This document shows positions 17,126-27,327 of a DNA stretch of 37,176 nucleotides, piece by piece (positions within the stretch are counted from its first letter, which is position 1; each line of letters opens with the position of its first letter). Position numbers and translations under genes: made by a program. The notes under the pieces are model-generated. The model searched no databases. It saw only the letters and a program-made list of their open reading frames with translations, and was not told the origin of the DNA. Origin of the DNA: an uncultured Synechococcus sp. (GTDB lineage: Bacteria > Cyanobacteriota > Cyanobacteriia > PCC-6307 > Cyanobiaceae); NCBI GenBank assembly GCA_937975655.1, contig CALJTZ010000423.1:1-37176 (forward strand), in the 5' to 3' direction.

Positions 17126-17704
17126 ATGGCACTACTCACTGACCAACTTGAGCTGTTCGGGGTAGCGACAGGCCCTGCACCCAAGAAGCGCAGTGGGGAT
17201 CGTTTGGCCCAACCGCTCAGCCGAGAAGAACAGCGGCGTTTTGGCCAGATGTATGTGGACAACATCGGATTGATCAAGTTCTTCTGCAACAAGCTGGCCA
17301 GCAAGTACCGGCACTGCATGGCCGTGGAGGATATTGATTCCTGCGTGGACATCGGCTTCCTGCGGGCCTGCAGGGCCTGGGATCCCGAGCGCGGCAAGCT
17401 CAGCACCATCTTCTGGCCGTATGCCCAAGGGGAGGTGCTGCACTACCTGCGCAGCAACAACTGGAGCATCAAGGCCCCGCATCAGGTGCGGCTGCTGGGC
17501 AATCAGGCCCGCAAGCTGTTGGACTTGGGCTGGAGCACCGCAGCGGTGTGCCAAGAGCTGGGCTGCAGCAAGACCGACCTCAAGGATGCGCTGGTGGCCA
17601 CCTCCGGTGTGGCGCACGATGTGAAAGGCTTTGATCTGCACGTGTCGCCCTATGCGACGCCGTGGGAAGTGCTGGAAGCCGAAGAGGAGCGACTGGCGGC
17701 CTAA
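17126..17704 (+). CDS. Phage sigma-70-family factor, SigB/SigF-like, apparently lacking region 4
   Basis: Region 2: NIGLI...EDI..IGFLRACRAWDPERGKLST...GEVLHYLR....IKAP; one HTH-like region 3, then the stop; TAAAAT 5 nt before ATG 17126. Confidence 0.88.
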   Translation: MALLTDQLELFGVATGPAPKKRSGDRLAQPLSREEQRRFGQMYVDNIGLIKFFCNKLASKYRHCMAVEDIDSCVDIGFLRACRAWDPERGKLSTIFWPYAQGEVLHYLRSNNWSIKAPHQVRLLGNQARKLLDLGWSTAAVCQELGCSKTDLKDALVATSGVAHDVKGFDLHVSPYATPWEVLEAEEERLAA

Positions 17705-17739
17705 ACGGCAACTTAAAGCACACGCCAAAGGAACTGACC

Positions 17740-18219
17740 ATGGCTACAGGTGCCTTCTTTGCGGCGCTGGGCTATCGCTTCTACGTGAAGGCTGGCACCA
17801 CCGCCTCCACCGTGCCCACCACCAGCACCGGTATGGTTGAGGTGCTAAGCCTCACCAACGCTGGCATTCAGGGATCGTCCGACACCACGGACGTGCTCGA
17901 CTACGGCAGCACCCAGGGCTTCAAGGCCAGCCTGGTGACCGGCCAGAGCTACACCATCCCCTGCACCATGAACCTCAGTCTTAACGACGCGGGCTATCTG
18001 GTGCTCAAGCAGGCCGCTCTGGATGCCGCCAGTGGCGTGACCGTGGAGTGGTATCGCGAGTCTCCTGAGATGAGTGCTACCGGCAACCCCGAGAAGCACG
18101 CTGGCATCGCCTTCGTTACTGATTTTTCTGAAGACGTGCAGGCTGGCAATGTCAGCCAAGTGAGCTTTACCTTGACGGGTTATGGGGCTTATTCGTGGAC
18201 CGCTGAGACGAATGCCTGA
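17740..18219 (+). CDS. Major tail (tube) protein
   Basis: ATG 17740; GIAFVTDFSEDVQAGNVSQVSFTLTGYG tail-tube-like C-terminus. Confidence 0.8.
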   Translation: MATGAFFAALGYRFYVKAGTTASTVPTTSTGMVEVLSLTNAGIQGSSDTTDVLDYGSTQGFKASLVTGQSYTIPCTMNLSLNDAGYLVLKQAALDAASGVTVEWYRESPEMSATGNPEKHAGIAFVTDFSEDVQAGNVSQVSFTLTGYGAYSWTAETNA

Positions 18220-18242
18220 GGCTAACTAGAGCGGAGAGGCTC

Positions 18243-18275
18243 AAGGCGGTGGGTTTGCGGGCCCACCGCTTTTTT
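18243..18275 (+). terminator. Intrinsic terminator between convergent genes
   Basis: GCGGTGGG/CCCACCGC stem followed by a T run. Confidence 0.85.
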
Positions 18276-18279
18276 ATGC

Positions 18280-18708
18280 CTAGAGGTTGTTGCCTGACAA
18301 CTTGGCCCACTCCGCCGCAAAGAACCGTTCCATCGGTTGGTTGTCCAGCGCGGGCTTGATCCAGTTGCGGCCCGGCACCACCGTGCCCCGTGATGTGGTG
18401 TATCCGGTGAGGATCAACGCCGAGTAGGGCGTGTCCCAGGTGAAGCGCAGCTCGGTGGCGCTGGGGCGGTCTCGGCGCTGGGAGCGCAGGAACCGGCCCG
18501 TGTCCACGATGTCCCGTGGCGAGGTTTCAATGGTGCCGTTCTTGCGGTACGTCTTGCGCGGCCAGGGGAACTGCACCAGCTGGATCTCTTCTTTGAGCTG
18601 CTGATCCATGACCTTGCCGTAGCCGGTCAGGATCACGGGCACCCGTAGCTTGAGCTGATTGGCATTCCAGCCAGTCAGCTTGAAGGTGGAGCGGACCTGG
18701 AGGGCCAT
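18280..18708 (-). CDS. Neck/tail completion protein (HK97 gp10-like)
   Basis: PRDIVDTGRFLRS and PGRNWIKPAL motifs. Confidence 0.75.
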   Translation of the reverse strand: MALQVRSTFKLTGWNANQLKLRVPVILTGYGKVMDQQLKEEIQLVQFPWPRKTYRKNGTIETSPRDIVDTGRFLRSQRRDRPSATELRFTWDTPYSALILTGYTTSRGTVVPGRNWIKPALDNQPMERFFAAEWAKLSGNNL

Positions 18709-19109
18709 CAGAGCTGGCTGTAGCGGGCCAGGCGGATCTTGTCGCCGAGGACGGACTGAATGGTGCTGCCGAGCAGGCCGGTGCTGCCGTAGGGGTGCCG
18801 AGCTGCCAGCACCTCGCAGGGCACGGCATCTTCCCCATTGACGCTGAGCAGTCCGGTGATGCCGGGTTTGATGCGGGCATCCAAGGCCTGGGGATTGACG
18901 GCATACCCCTCGTAGGTGTCGTCTTTGACCTCAACGCCTGGCAGGTCTCTGACTTGCTCTAGTGATCCAAAGGTTCGCAGATACAGCTCTGCTGTCACGC
19001 TTTCAGTGGCCGGAGTCACGTTGCCTGTGACTGGATCGGTGTAGGTGCCAACAGTTGGAACCGTGAAAGTCACGGTGGCGTTGGCGAGGGCAGCAAGGGC
19101 GCTTGTCAT
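18708..19109 (-). CDS. Putative head-closure protein
   Basis: Beta-rich 133 aa, YTDPVTGN; coupled to the gp10-like gene. Confidence 0.65.
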   Translation of the reverse strand: MTSALAALANATVTFTVPTVGTYTDPVTGNVTPATESVTAELYLRTFGSLEQVRDLPGVEVKDDTYEGYAVNPQALDARIKPGITGLLSVNGEDAVPCEVLAARHPYGSTGLLGSTIQSVLGDKIRLARYSQL

Positions 19110-19156
19110 TCCCTAGTTTCCCACCGGCAACTTAGTGGACGACATGGGTTGCAGGA

Positions 19157-21187
19157 GTGGCGGAGGCGCTAGGTCAAGCGGTACTCACTCTTGCCGTTGA
19201 TGATCGGCAGTACAAGGCAGGGCTTGATCAATCCAAGCGGCTGGCAGAGCAGACCGGCACCCAGATCAACCGCAGCCTGCAGGTCAAAGGTGGTGGCCTG
19301 TTTGGTGATGTTGGCGCTGAACTAGGAGCGCTAAAGGGTGGCCTGGCCTCTGGTGCGCTGGCAGCTGCCGGTGTCGCCGTGGCGGTGGGGGCCATTGGCT
19401 ACGCCACCATCCAAGCGGCGGGCGATGCCCAGAAGCTGACCGCTGCCTTCACCGGCCTCACCGGATCCGCCTCAGCAGCAGCACAACTGCGGCAGGAACT
19501 CTTCACCCTGTCCAAGGCCACACCGTTCAAGAACGATGAGCTACTCAGCGCTGCTCAGCGGTTCCTGGCCGTGGGTGTGGAAGCCGAGAACCTCGGCGGC
19601 ACCATCAACCGCATTGGTGCCTTGGCAGCCCAGTCCGGTCAGAGCCTGGACCGTGTGGGTCTGATCTACGCCCAAGTGTTTGCCAAAGGCCGGCTGCAGG
19701 GGGAGGAAAACCTGCAGTTCCTGGAGGCAGGCATCGACCTGAACAGCCAGCTGGCCAAGGTCACCGGCTTGTCAGGCCAAGCCCTGCAGGATGCGATGAG
19801 CAAGGGCAAGATCAGCCTTAACGACGTGAACCGGGCCATCGTGCTGGCCACCGGCAGCATGGCCGCCCTAGAGGGTGCTGGGCAGTCGGTCAGCGTCAAG
19901 TTCGCCAACATCGGCGACAACGTGCAGCAGGTGTTCCTGGGCTTTGCCCAAGCCATCACCCCCGCGCTGTCGGCGGCCTTTGACGTGATTAACAAGGCGT
20001 TTGACCGCCTGTTCCCCTCGCTGGAGAGCATCACGCAGTTTTTCAGCCCGCTCACCAAGGAGGCCCAGCGCTTTGCCGAGCTGCTGGAGAAAAACCCACG
20101 GGTGGTGGAGGCCTTGGCACTGGCCTTTGAATCGCTCCTGAACACGGCCATCACCCCGATCCTTGAGGGCATCGGCAGCATCAATGAAGGCCTAGAGAAG
20201 AATCCGCAAGGGCTGATTGATTCCATCGTCCAGCTGGAGCTGCGCCTGCGGCAGGCCGCCCTGACCGCCAGCGGCCTGGTCAAGATCATCACCGCCCAGG
20301 TCCGGTTTGGCGGCATCTTGGCGCCCGAGGGGCGGTCGCAGGTGGACTCTGGCCTCCAGGACATCAACAAGGCCATTTCAGCAAAAGCTATAGAGGTGCC
20401 CGTCAACCTTCGGGTTGAAGACCAGAAAACGGCAGCTTTGGCGGGCGAACTCACCGACAAGCTGGCCGCTGGCGTCAATGAAGAATCGGGCAAGATCCTT
20501 GACGGTCTGTTCAAGCAAAATGTTGCTGATCTGCAGATTGAAGGCATCCTCGCCAGGATTGATGCCGCCAAGCAGCTGGCTACCCTAGAAGGCACAGCCT
20601 TATTGGTGCTGCAAAAGCAATTGGCCATCGAAGACAAAAAACGTGAGGCCAAAGAAGCAGAACTGGCCTTAGAGCGCGAACTGGCCAAGCCCGCCGGTGA
20701 TGGCAAGAACGGCACCCGCAGCAGTGAGCGGGTGGATGATCTGCTGATCAAGCAGCAGCAAGCCAACGCAGAAGTGCTTTTGGCTTATCAAGAGGCAGGC
20801 GCCAGCCTGGCCAAGAATGCCAAGACGGCGGCAGAGTCATTGAAGGATGCCCAAAAGAATATGCAGGGCGTCTTGCGTGGTGGTTTTGACTACTTAAGCG
20901 CCAACCTGCAACGGGAGCAGTTGGCAAGGGCGCGTGCTTCTGTTCAACCCTTGGTGGACCGTGGCATCATTCGCCAAGGCATTGATATATCCACCCCAGA
21001 CAAGCTGTTTGCTGTCGCTGGCTTTGCCGACAGCTTCAACAATGCCGAAAAGGATCTCAACAAGGCGCTGAGAGAAAACACGGCCGCCCAGCAGGCCTTG
21101 GCAACCAAGGATTGGAACGTGGTGGTGTCAGTGCCTGGAGGCACTGCATCCGGTGACGTTGTTGGAGCAGTCAACTCACGGCTATGA
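19157..21187 (+). CDS. Tape measure protein
   Basis: 676 aa, Ala/Gln-rich helical; ATPF, GRLQGEENLQFLEAGI tape-measure domain. Confidence 0.92.
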   Translation: MAEALGQAVLTLAVDDRQYKAGLDQSKRLAEQTGTQINRSLQVKGGGLFGDVGAELGALKGGLASGALAAAGVAVAVGAIGYATIQAAGDAQKLTAAFTGLTGSASAAAQLRQELFTLSKATPFKNDELLSAAQRFLAVGVEAENLGGTINRIGALAAQSGQSLDRVGLIYAQVFAKGRLQGEENLQFLEAGIDLNSQLAKVTGLSGQALQDAMSKGKISLNDVNRAIVLATGSMAALEGAGQSVSVKFANIGDNVQQVFLGFAQAITPALSAAFDVINKAFDRLFPSLESITQFFSPLTKEAQRFAELLEKNPRVVEALALAFESLLNTAITPILEGIGSINEGLEKNPQGLIDSIVQLELRLRQAALTASGLVKIITAQVRFGGILAPEGRSQVDSGLQDINKAISAKAIEVPVNLRVEDQKTAALAGELTDKLAAGVNEESGKILDGLFKQNVADLQIEGILARIDAAKQLATLEGTALLVLQKQLAIEDKKREAKEAELALERELAKPAGDGKNGTRSSERVDDLLIKQQQANAEVLLAYQEAGASLAKNAKTAAESLKDAQKNMQGVLRGGFDYLSANLQREQLARARASVQPLVDRGIIRQGIDISTPDKLFAVAGFADSFNNAEKDLNKALRENTAAQQALATKDWNVVVSVPGGTASGDVVGAVNSRL

Positions 21188-21915
21188 CCTTTTCCATCGG
21201 CGCTTTTTCCTGTTCCCTGCTCACCGCCCAGCCGCTGGGCTACGAGGGTGATGCCCGCCAAGGGCTCACGGCTCGCACCTGGCGCATCAGTGGCCTGTTG
21301 ACCACTGCTCAGTGGCAATCGCTGCTCAGTGTCTATGACACCTGGCAGGCGGCCCGCATCCAAGACCCCGACACGCTCACTAGCAACAGCGTTGGCACCA
21401 CCGTGTCGTTCACGGGCAGCGCCAATGGCGTGAGCTGGAGCGGCATCGGCTGCTGGTTCTCTGAAGCGCCCAGTGGTGAGCAGGTGGGGGCCTATGTCCA
21501 GGCGTCCGTGACGCTGGTTCACGCCGCCGAAGCGCTAGCCGTGCTGCGGAAGGATCAGCTGCTCGGCGCGGCCCGCTTCTACTTCGGTACCTACACCCTC
21601 GGTAGCACCACCCTGCAGCTGCTCAAGCCGGCGGAAACCTACCAAGACACCCCCAACTTGGCATTGACGGCAAGCGGTGCCACCTACATCACAGGGCCTT
21701 TGAGCGCTACGCGGGTGCGGCAGGTCGAAGGCGACACCAACGCGGCTGGCTGGGCGGCCATCCAGAGCTGGTATGAGTCCACCATCACTTCCACACCGGC
21801 TGCCGGGGCTTGGTTCCCGATCAGTGCCCCCAGTGCCACCGCTGAGGCCCAAATCGTCGGCGGTGTTCGCGCTGACCTCTACACCGTCTCAATCTCCCTG
21901 GGGCAGGCCAAGTAA
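21184..21915 (+). CDS. Distal tail-like protein
   Basis: ATGA-coupled directly after the TMP. Confidence 0.65.
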   Translation: MTFSIGAFSCSLLTAQPLGYEGDARQGLTARTWRISGLLTTAQWQSLLSVYDTWQAARIQDPDTLTSNSVGTTVSFTGSANGVSWSGIGCWFSEAPSGEQVGAYVQASVTLVHAAEALAVLRKDQLLGAARFYFGTYTLGSTTLQLLKPAETYQDTPNLALTASGATYITGPLSATRVRQVEGDTNAAGWAAIQSWYESTITSTPAAGAWFPISAPSATAEAQIVGGVRADLYTVSISLGQAK

Positions 21916-24900
21916 TGGCGACCATTGACATCCGCGCCACGGTCACCTGCTCGCTCGGCACCCTGATCAGCGGCAGTGTCAGTGATGACTACATCCAAGG
22001 CAGCGGCCTGGTCAAAACACGTGGCAGCTGCGAACTCAAGGGCATCCTCACCCCTGCCGTGGGCACGGTGGTGACCTTCAGCTATGCCCGCAATGGCACC
22101 ACCAAGAAGGTGCCACGCAAGCTGCGGGTGCTGTCCAGTTTTGCCGATCCGTTCCGCCAGATCACCAAGGTGGAGCTGGGCTGCAAGCTCACCTACATGG
22201 AGAGCGTCACACCGGCGCCCACTGTGGATGGCGAAGCGGCGGAAACCAGCGGCCGCCAGCAGCAGTGTCTGAACGGATACATCGATTATCCGGCCATTAG
22301 CCCCGTGCCGATCCCGGTGAGTGCTGCCGGCGTGATGGACACTTGCTTGACAAAGCTGGGGCTGACGGCCAGCAACAACCCCCTCACCAACCGCTTCAAC
22401 GACGACACCTTTGACCTCAGCGCTGGCTACGTCAGCGTGCTGAGCGACTTGTTGCAGTCCGAGGGCTATTTCGGCTACCTCGACCAAAACGAAAAGCTGC
22501 AGATCTGCGACCTCACCAAGGAATCCGGCAAAGGGCCAGTAATCACCAGTGCCGATGTAGTGGACATCGACGCCATTGGCGTGGGCGAGTTGCCCGGCGA
22601 GGCCGTCGTGGTGCGCTACAACTCCTCCAAGCTGGTCAAGCCCATTGATCCTGAGGATGATCCTGAGAATGAGCGACTGAGCTGGGAATACGAGGAAACC
22701 GTAGGCAACCCTCAGCGGGTGGAGGTCCGCTACACGACCGCGAACGGTGAATCCAGTTCGGCCTACTACACCTACGTTCCCTATACCAAGACAACCACCC
22801 AGTACGGGATTGATCAGAGCTTTGGCAATGATGTCTGCGTAATTTTTGGCCGTGAGCGCCCCGACCTGAGCAACTCGGTGCTCAAGCGGGAGACGCTCAA
22901 CCGGACGATTCTGGCCGATGCCGCGAACAACTACTGCTCGCAACTCCTAGCTGCTGGCTTCTCCCTCGATGGCAGCCTGGAGGGCACGATTCGCACGGTC
23001 GAGGAATACACCTACGACGCCAAAGGCATCTTGGTGCGTCAAATTACTAGCCAGTACCAACCCCAATTTATGTGGGCCGGTGGCCTTGGCATGGAGTTCA
23101 TCTACGCAGAAGGCAGCGGCCAGGCTGCAATTTCGCTGGGCACCAGTGAGGTGCTGGTGGAGCGTGTGGTTCGGGACTATGAAACGGTCTTCAAGAAAAA
23201 GCCTCGGGTGCTCAACCTGAAGCCTGGCGAGACCTATGAGCCTGCTGTGCATACGCAGAAGCAGACGGTTTCCACCTATCGCAACTGGACACTGACACTG
23301 GGCGGACAGCAAGGCACTGCCTCTATTCGAGACATCGTTCCGTTTGAATCAGCTGCCCAGTGCAATATCTGGCTGGCTGGGTCGGCGCAACGGCTGGTGC
23401 TGGTAGATGTGCAGGTCAGCACTCAGACCAATCGTGGAGAAGCGGGTCAGGTGCGGGCACCGCAAGCGTTGCGGGTGGGCCAAGAGAACGGCACCAGCAT
23501 GGAATCCACCGCTGAGCTGGCGTATGCGATGGGATCTCCCAGCTCGGAACGGTTCGTGTCGTTCTCCATGCCGTACCAGAGCGATGACACCTATTCCTCC
23601 ACCGGCACAATTCAGCGCGGGGATGCGGAGGCCAAGGCCCTGCGCTACGGGCGCATCCAGAACCGCCTGCTGCTGGGTAACCGCAATGGCGTGAACCTGC
23701 AGCTGCATCCCAGCAAGCTGCCAGCCAAGCCGTTTGATCCCTTCTACCTCAGCAATGGTGCGCTGATGGTGCAGTACCGGGCCAATGGCCTGAACTGGGC
23801 CTTTTCCAGCGAGGGCATTGTCACCAGTGTGGATGCGTTGTTCTGGGGTGTGGCTGGCGGCTCAGGCACCAGTTGGGTGCCCGTAGCCCCAGGGATCACC
23901 ACGTTCCCTGCGTTGCCTGCGGTGGCCGACACCACACCTGCTGCGGTGATCGGCACGGTGGCCAGTATTGGCAGCACCCCGCAGACCCAACTGGACGCTG
24001 CCTTTCCCGCTGCTGTGGCCGGTGATGGCGTGCAGGACCAGAGCACGGAGGATTATTGGGTCTATGACGGCAGCAGCTGGAGCAATGAAGGCCCCAACCC
24101 TGGCCCCAGTGCCAGCGTGGCGGCCGTGGTGCCGCCTTGGAATGAACTGGTGCCGTTTGACGGGGTGACGCGCACCACAGCGGTGGTAATGGACTACACC
24201 TATCCGCTGGGTTCGGTTGGCACTGAGGCGGTGGCCCTGGTGACCCGTACCAGCTACACCGTGGGCAGCGTGCTGGCAGCAGCGGCGGGAGCGCTGAGCC
24301 TTAGCGGCCAAGCCTCCACCGGCCGGTACGTGCGGGGCATTGCCGGAAGTGTGGGCAGCTTTGCCGTCACCGGCAGGAGTGCTGGCAACGTCCGCAGCTA
24401 TGCCATCGGCACCAATGCCGGCACCTTCACCAGCACTGGCCAAGCCGCTGGGCTGGTGGTGCAGCGTCAACCGCTGGCCGCGAGTACCGGCAGCGTTGCC
24501 CTAACCGGACAAGCCGCTCAGCTGTTCAAAGGCGTCTCCTTGACTGCCAGCGCAGCTGGCTTCAGCGTTGCCGGTGCAGCTGCTGGTGGACTTCGCACGT
24601 ATGTCTTGGCTGGTGGCGCTGGGTCTGTCACGACAACTGGGCAAGCGGCAACGCTCGGCCTCGTCGTGCAACCCGTTGCCACGGTGCTGACCTACACCGG
24701 CACTGGCGCAACCCGAAGCGTTACCGGCGCAGGGTTCACGCCAGGCTTTGCGCTGATCACGAGGCAAAACGCGGCCAGTTACAGCTACATCTTTGACCAG
24801 CGACGTGGTGCCACGCGCCATTGGAACTACGGCGCAACGGGTGCCCAAGCTGTCTCTAGCACCAGTCTCACCAGCTTTGACGCTGACGGCTTCTCTTTAG

Positions 24901-25619
24901 GCAGCGATGCAGCCTTCAACGGAAACGGACTGGCCTATGTCACGTTCCTGCTGAAAGAGGGCGGGGCCAACGCCACCAACACCAACGGAACCATCACCTC
25001 CACGGTGAACGCGTCCGATGCTGCTGGCTACAGCATGTTTACCTTCACGGGAAACGGTCTTGCTGGAGCCACCGTGGGCCATGGCCTGAGTGCCGCACCG
25101 GAGTTAGTGCTGATTCGAAATTACAGCTCAGGCTTTGAGGCTATCTTGGGCTCCTCTTATGTCGGGGCCAACAAGCGCATCAACGCCACAAGCACCGCCG
25201 TCGCCGTTGACGATGCAACTTCTTATCAAGCCTTTGGCGCCTCAACCATCACGCTGGGCACCTACTTAGGCCTGAATAACAACACCAGAAGCTACGTGGG
25301 CTACGCCTTCCGCTCCACGTCCAACGTCAAGGTGGGCCTGTTGAGCGGAGGAGGATCCGGCACGGTCACCGTGAACCTCGGCTTTAGACCATCGTTCCTG
25401 TTTGTCAAAACCTCTGCTGTGCGGATTGGCGATCACCTCTGGCATTACAAGACCTCGGCCGGTGATGGCTTCGCCAACTTCATTCGCAGCAACGACCCCA
25501 ACACGGCACCAGCGGTATCCACAAGCGTTTCGTTCACCTCCACTGGGTTCACGGTGGCCGCACCGGGACCAGGCAACACAACTGATGGAGGCCAGGCTAT
25601 CTATTTGGCCGTGCGATAG
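21915..25619 (+). CDS. Large tail tip/hub protein with a C-terminal fibre-like region
   Basis: 1234 aa; Gly/Ala/Thr-rich repeats, then YTGTG...VGHGLSAAPELV...LGFRPSFL repeats. Confidence 0.8.
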   Translation: MATIDIRATVTCSLGTLISGSVSDDYIQGSGLVKTRGSCELKGILTPAVGTVVTFSYARNGTTKKVPRKLRVLSSFADPFRQITKVELGCKLTYMESVTPAPTVDGEAAETSGRQQQCLNGYIDYPAISPVPIPVSAAGVMDTCLTKLGLTASNNPLTNRFNDDTFDLSAGYVSVLSDLLQSEGYFGYLDQNEKLQICDLTKESGKGPVITSADVVDIDAIGVGELPGEAVVVRYNSSKLVKPIDPEDDPENERLSWEYEETVGNPQRVEVRYTTANGESSSAYYTYVPYTKTTTQYGIDQSFGNDVCVIFGRERPDLSNSVLKRETLNRTILADAANNYCSQLLAAGFSLDGSLEGTIRTVEEYTYDAKGILVRQITSQYQPQFMWAGGLGMEFIYAEGSGQAAISLGTSEVLVERVVRDYETVFKKKPRVLNLKPGETYEPAVHTQKQTVSTYRNWTLTLGGQQGTASIRDIVPFESAAQCNIWLAGSAQRLVLVDVQVSTQTNRGEAGQVRAPQALRVGQENGTSMESTAELAYAMGSPSSERFVSFSMPYQSDDTYSSTGTIQRGDAEAKALRYGRIQNRLLLGNRNGVNLQLHPSKLPAKPFDPFYLSNGALMVQYRANGLNWAFSSEGIVTSVDALFWGVAGGSGTSWVPVAPGITTFPALPAVADTTPAAVIGTVASIGSTPQTQLDAAFPAAVAGDGVQDQSTEDYWVYDGSSWSNEGPNPGPSASVAAVVPPWNELVPFDGVTRTTAVVMDYTYPLGSVGTEAVALVTRTSYTVGSVLAAAAGALSLSGQASTGRYVRGIAGSVGSFAVTGRSAGNVRSYAIGTNAGTFTSTGQAAGLVVQRQPLAASTGSVALTGQAAQLFKGVSLTASAAGFSVAGAAAGGLRTYVLAGGAGSVTTTGQAATLGLVVQPVATVLTYTGTGATRSVTGAGFTPGFALITRQNAASYSYIFDQRRGATRHWNYGATGAQAVSSTSLTSFDADGFSLGSDAAFNGNGLAYVTFLLKEGGANATNTNGTITSTVNASDAAGYSMFTFTGNGLAGATVGHGLSAAPELVLIRNYSSGFEAILGSSYVGANKRINATSTAVAVDDATSYQAFGASTITLGTYLGLNNNTRSYVGYAFRSTSNVKVGLLSGGGSGTVTVNLGFRPSFLFVKTSAVRIGDHLWHYKTSAGDGFANFIRSNDPNTAPAVSTSVSFTSTGFTVAAPGPGNTTDGGQAIYLAVR

Positions 25620-25649
25620 GGGGCAAGCTAGGAACAACGCCTGTGCCCG

Positions 25650-26072
25650 GTGGCCTCTTTCCAGAAGTTCAACTCCTTTGTGGAGGCGCTGGCCGAGAAG
25701 ACGCACAACCTCGGCAGCGATACCCTCAAGGTGCTGCTCACCAACACCGCGCCCGTAGCGACCAATAGCGTCAAGGCAGACCTCACTGAGATCAGCGCCG
25801 GCAATGGCTACACCGCCGGCGGTAACACCGCTGCGGTTTCCAGTTCGGCGCAGACCAGCGGCACCTACAAGCTGGTGCTGGGTGACCCCACCAGTTGGAC
25901 CGCCACCGGCGGCAGCATTGGCCCGTTCCGTTATGCCGTGCTCTACAACGACACCGCCACCAACAAGGAACTGATCGGCTTCTGGGATTACGGCAGCAGC
26001 ATCACCCTGGCCGCTGGCGAGAGCTTTGCGGTGGATTTTGACGCCACCACCGGCGTGCTCACCATCGCCTGA
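25650..26072 (+). CDS. Virion structural protein
   Basis: DTLKVLL, GNGYTAGG, FRYAVLYND; preceded by motif copy GGGCAAGCTA. Confidence 0.8.
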   Translation: MASFQKFNSFVEALAEKTHNLGSDTLKVLLTNTAPVATNSVKADLTEISAGNGYTAGGNTAAVSSSAQTSGTYKLVLGDPTSWTATGGSIGPFRYAVLYNDTATNKELIGFWDYGSSITLAAGESFAVDFDATTGVLTIA

Positions 26073-26077
26073 TCTCC

Positions 26078-26479
26078 ATGGCCATCACCCTGACGATCAG
26101 CACCAAGGAACTGGAGCGCCAGGCCAAAGCCGTCTTTGAAGGCAAGACCTACAAGGTATTTCTGGCGCTCAATACCACCAGCCTGACGGTGGACTCCACC
26201 ACGGCGGCGTGGGAAGCCGTTGAGTGCAGCGGCGGCGGCTATGCCGCTGTTACCGGCACCATCGCGGCAGGCAGCTACAACGCGGGCAATGCGCGCTATC
26301 AGATGCCCATGATCACGGCCACCTTTACCGGCAGCGGCGGCGGCATCTCCTACGACACCGTATGCCTCAAGATCGGCACTGAGCTGTATCTGCACAGCAT
26401 CGCCACCGAAAGCCCTGCTGTGGTGCTCGCCGCTGGTCAGTCCAAGAGCTACACCATCACCCTGGCGCAGGACGACTGA
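26078..26479 (+). CDS. Virion structural protein (similar fold to the previous ORF)
   Basis: Shares the ExSGxGY and LAAG(E/Q)S patterns with the upstream ORF. Confidence 0.75.
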   Translation: MAITLTISTKELERQAKAVFEGKTYKVFLALNTTSLTVDSTTAAWEAVECSGGGYAAVTGTIAAGSYNAGNARYQMPMITATFTGSGGGISYDTVCLKIGTELYLHSIATESPAVVLAAGQSKSYTITLAQDD

Positions 26480-27171
26480 TGGCCACCTTCATCAACGTCA
26501 CCAGCGGCGGAGATGAACTGCTGAATCAGGCCAAACGGCAACAGCAAGCGGCACGCTGGGCGCACGGCCAGCACAATCAGCGCCAGTCGCTGAGCAACGA
26601 GAAGACCAAGCAAGCTGCTGAAGAGCCCCAGGGCAAGGGTCTCGATCCCCTGCCTGTTCGCCGTGATCTCAGCGCTAGTGCTTCAGGCGATGCCTTCATG
26701 GCTGTGATCGTTCAGGCTTCAATCAGCAGTCAGGGCAATCGGATCTGCGATGACCTGAACGTCAGTCTCAATGGTCAGCCGCTTGGCTTTCTTGATTTCA
26801 GCCCGTCGGTTTACTGGGCAAAAGCAAAGCTCATTGGCGGCCAATATTACTTTGGCTATGCGTTCCTCAGCTCTGGCAGTGGGACCACTCGCCTATTGAA
26901 CAGTCGGTTTTTCCAAGCGGCCCCACCAGCAATTCAGAGTTACCTTGGCGCACTTTCCGCTCAGACGTTGCGGCTGCCTAGTGGTCTTGTCAAGAAAAAG
27001 CCACTGTTTAATGCGATGACAATTGCGTCGGCTGCTGGCCTGTGGGATTCCGGTGGAGAGATCTATGCCGGCTTTTACTCCAAAGCCGAATACGGCCAGC
27101 TGACATGGAACGTTCCGCAGGGCGACACCAGAACCTTCAACCTTGCCTGGTGGGGGCGGACGCCAAGCTAG
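26479..27171 (+). CDS. Hypothetical tail-associated protein
   Basis: TGATG coupling; lower-GC 3' half. Confidence 0.7.
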   Translation: MATFINVTSGGDELLNQAKRQQQAARWAHGQHNQRQSLSNEKTKQAAEEPQGKGLDPLPVRRDLSASASGDAFMAVIVQASISSQGNRICDDLNVSLNGQPLGFLDFSPSVYWAKAKLIGGQYYFGYAFLSSGSGTTRLLNSRFFQAAPPAIQSYLGALSAQTLRLPSGLVKKKPLFNAMTIASAAGLWDSGGEIYAGFYSKAEYGQLTWNVPQGDTRTFNLAWWGRTPS

Positions 27172-27207
27172 GCGTGACAGTCTCCTGCTCCTGCCGCTTT
27201 TGAGATC

Positions 27208-27327
27208 ATGACCAACCAACAACTGCTCACTCAACTGAAGAATCTCACCCAAGCGGGCCGCTATTCTTACCTTCAAAAGGTGGCTAACACCAAGCTGCTG
27301 AAACAAGCACCACCCTCCTCCAAATAA
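27208..27327 (+). CDS. Possible 39-aa peptide
   Basis: MTNQQLLTQLKN...; TAATG overlap with the next gene. Confidence 0.4.
   Translation: MTNQQLLTQLKNLTQAGRYSYLQKVANTKLLKQAPPSSK

Noticed and set aside
19666..22943. Long minus-strand ORFs (19666..20766, 21879..22943 and others)
   Set aside because: Antisense shadows of GC3-rich structural genes, with no motifs
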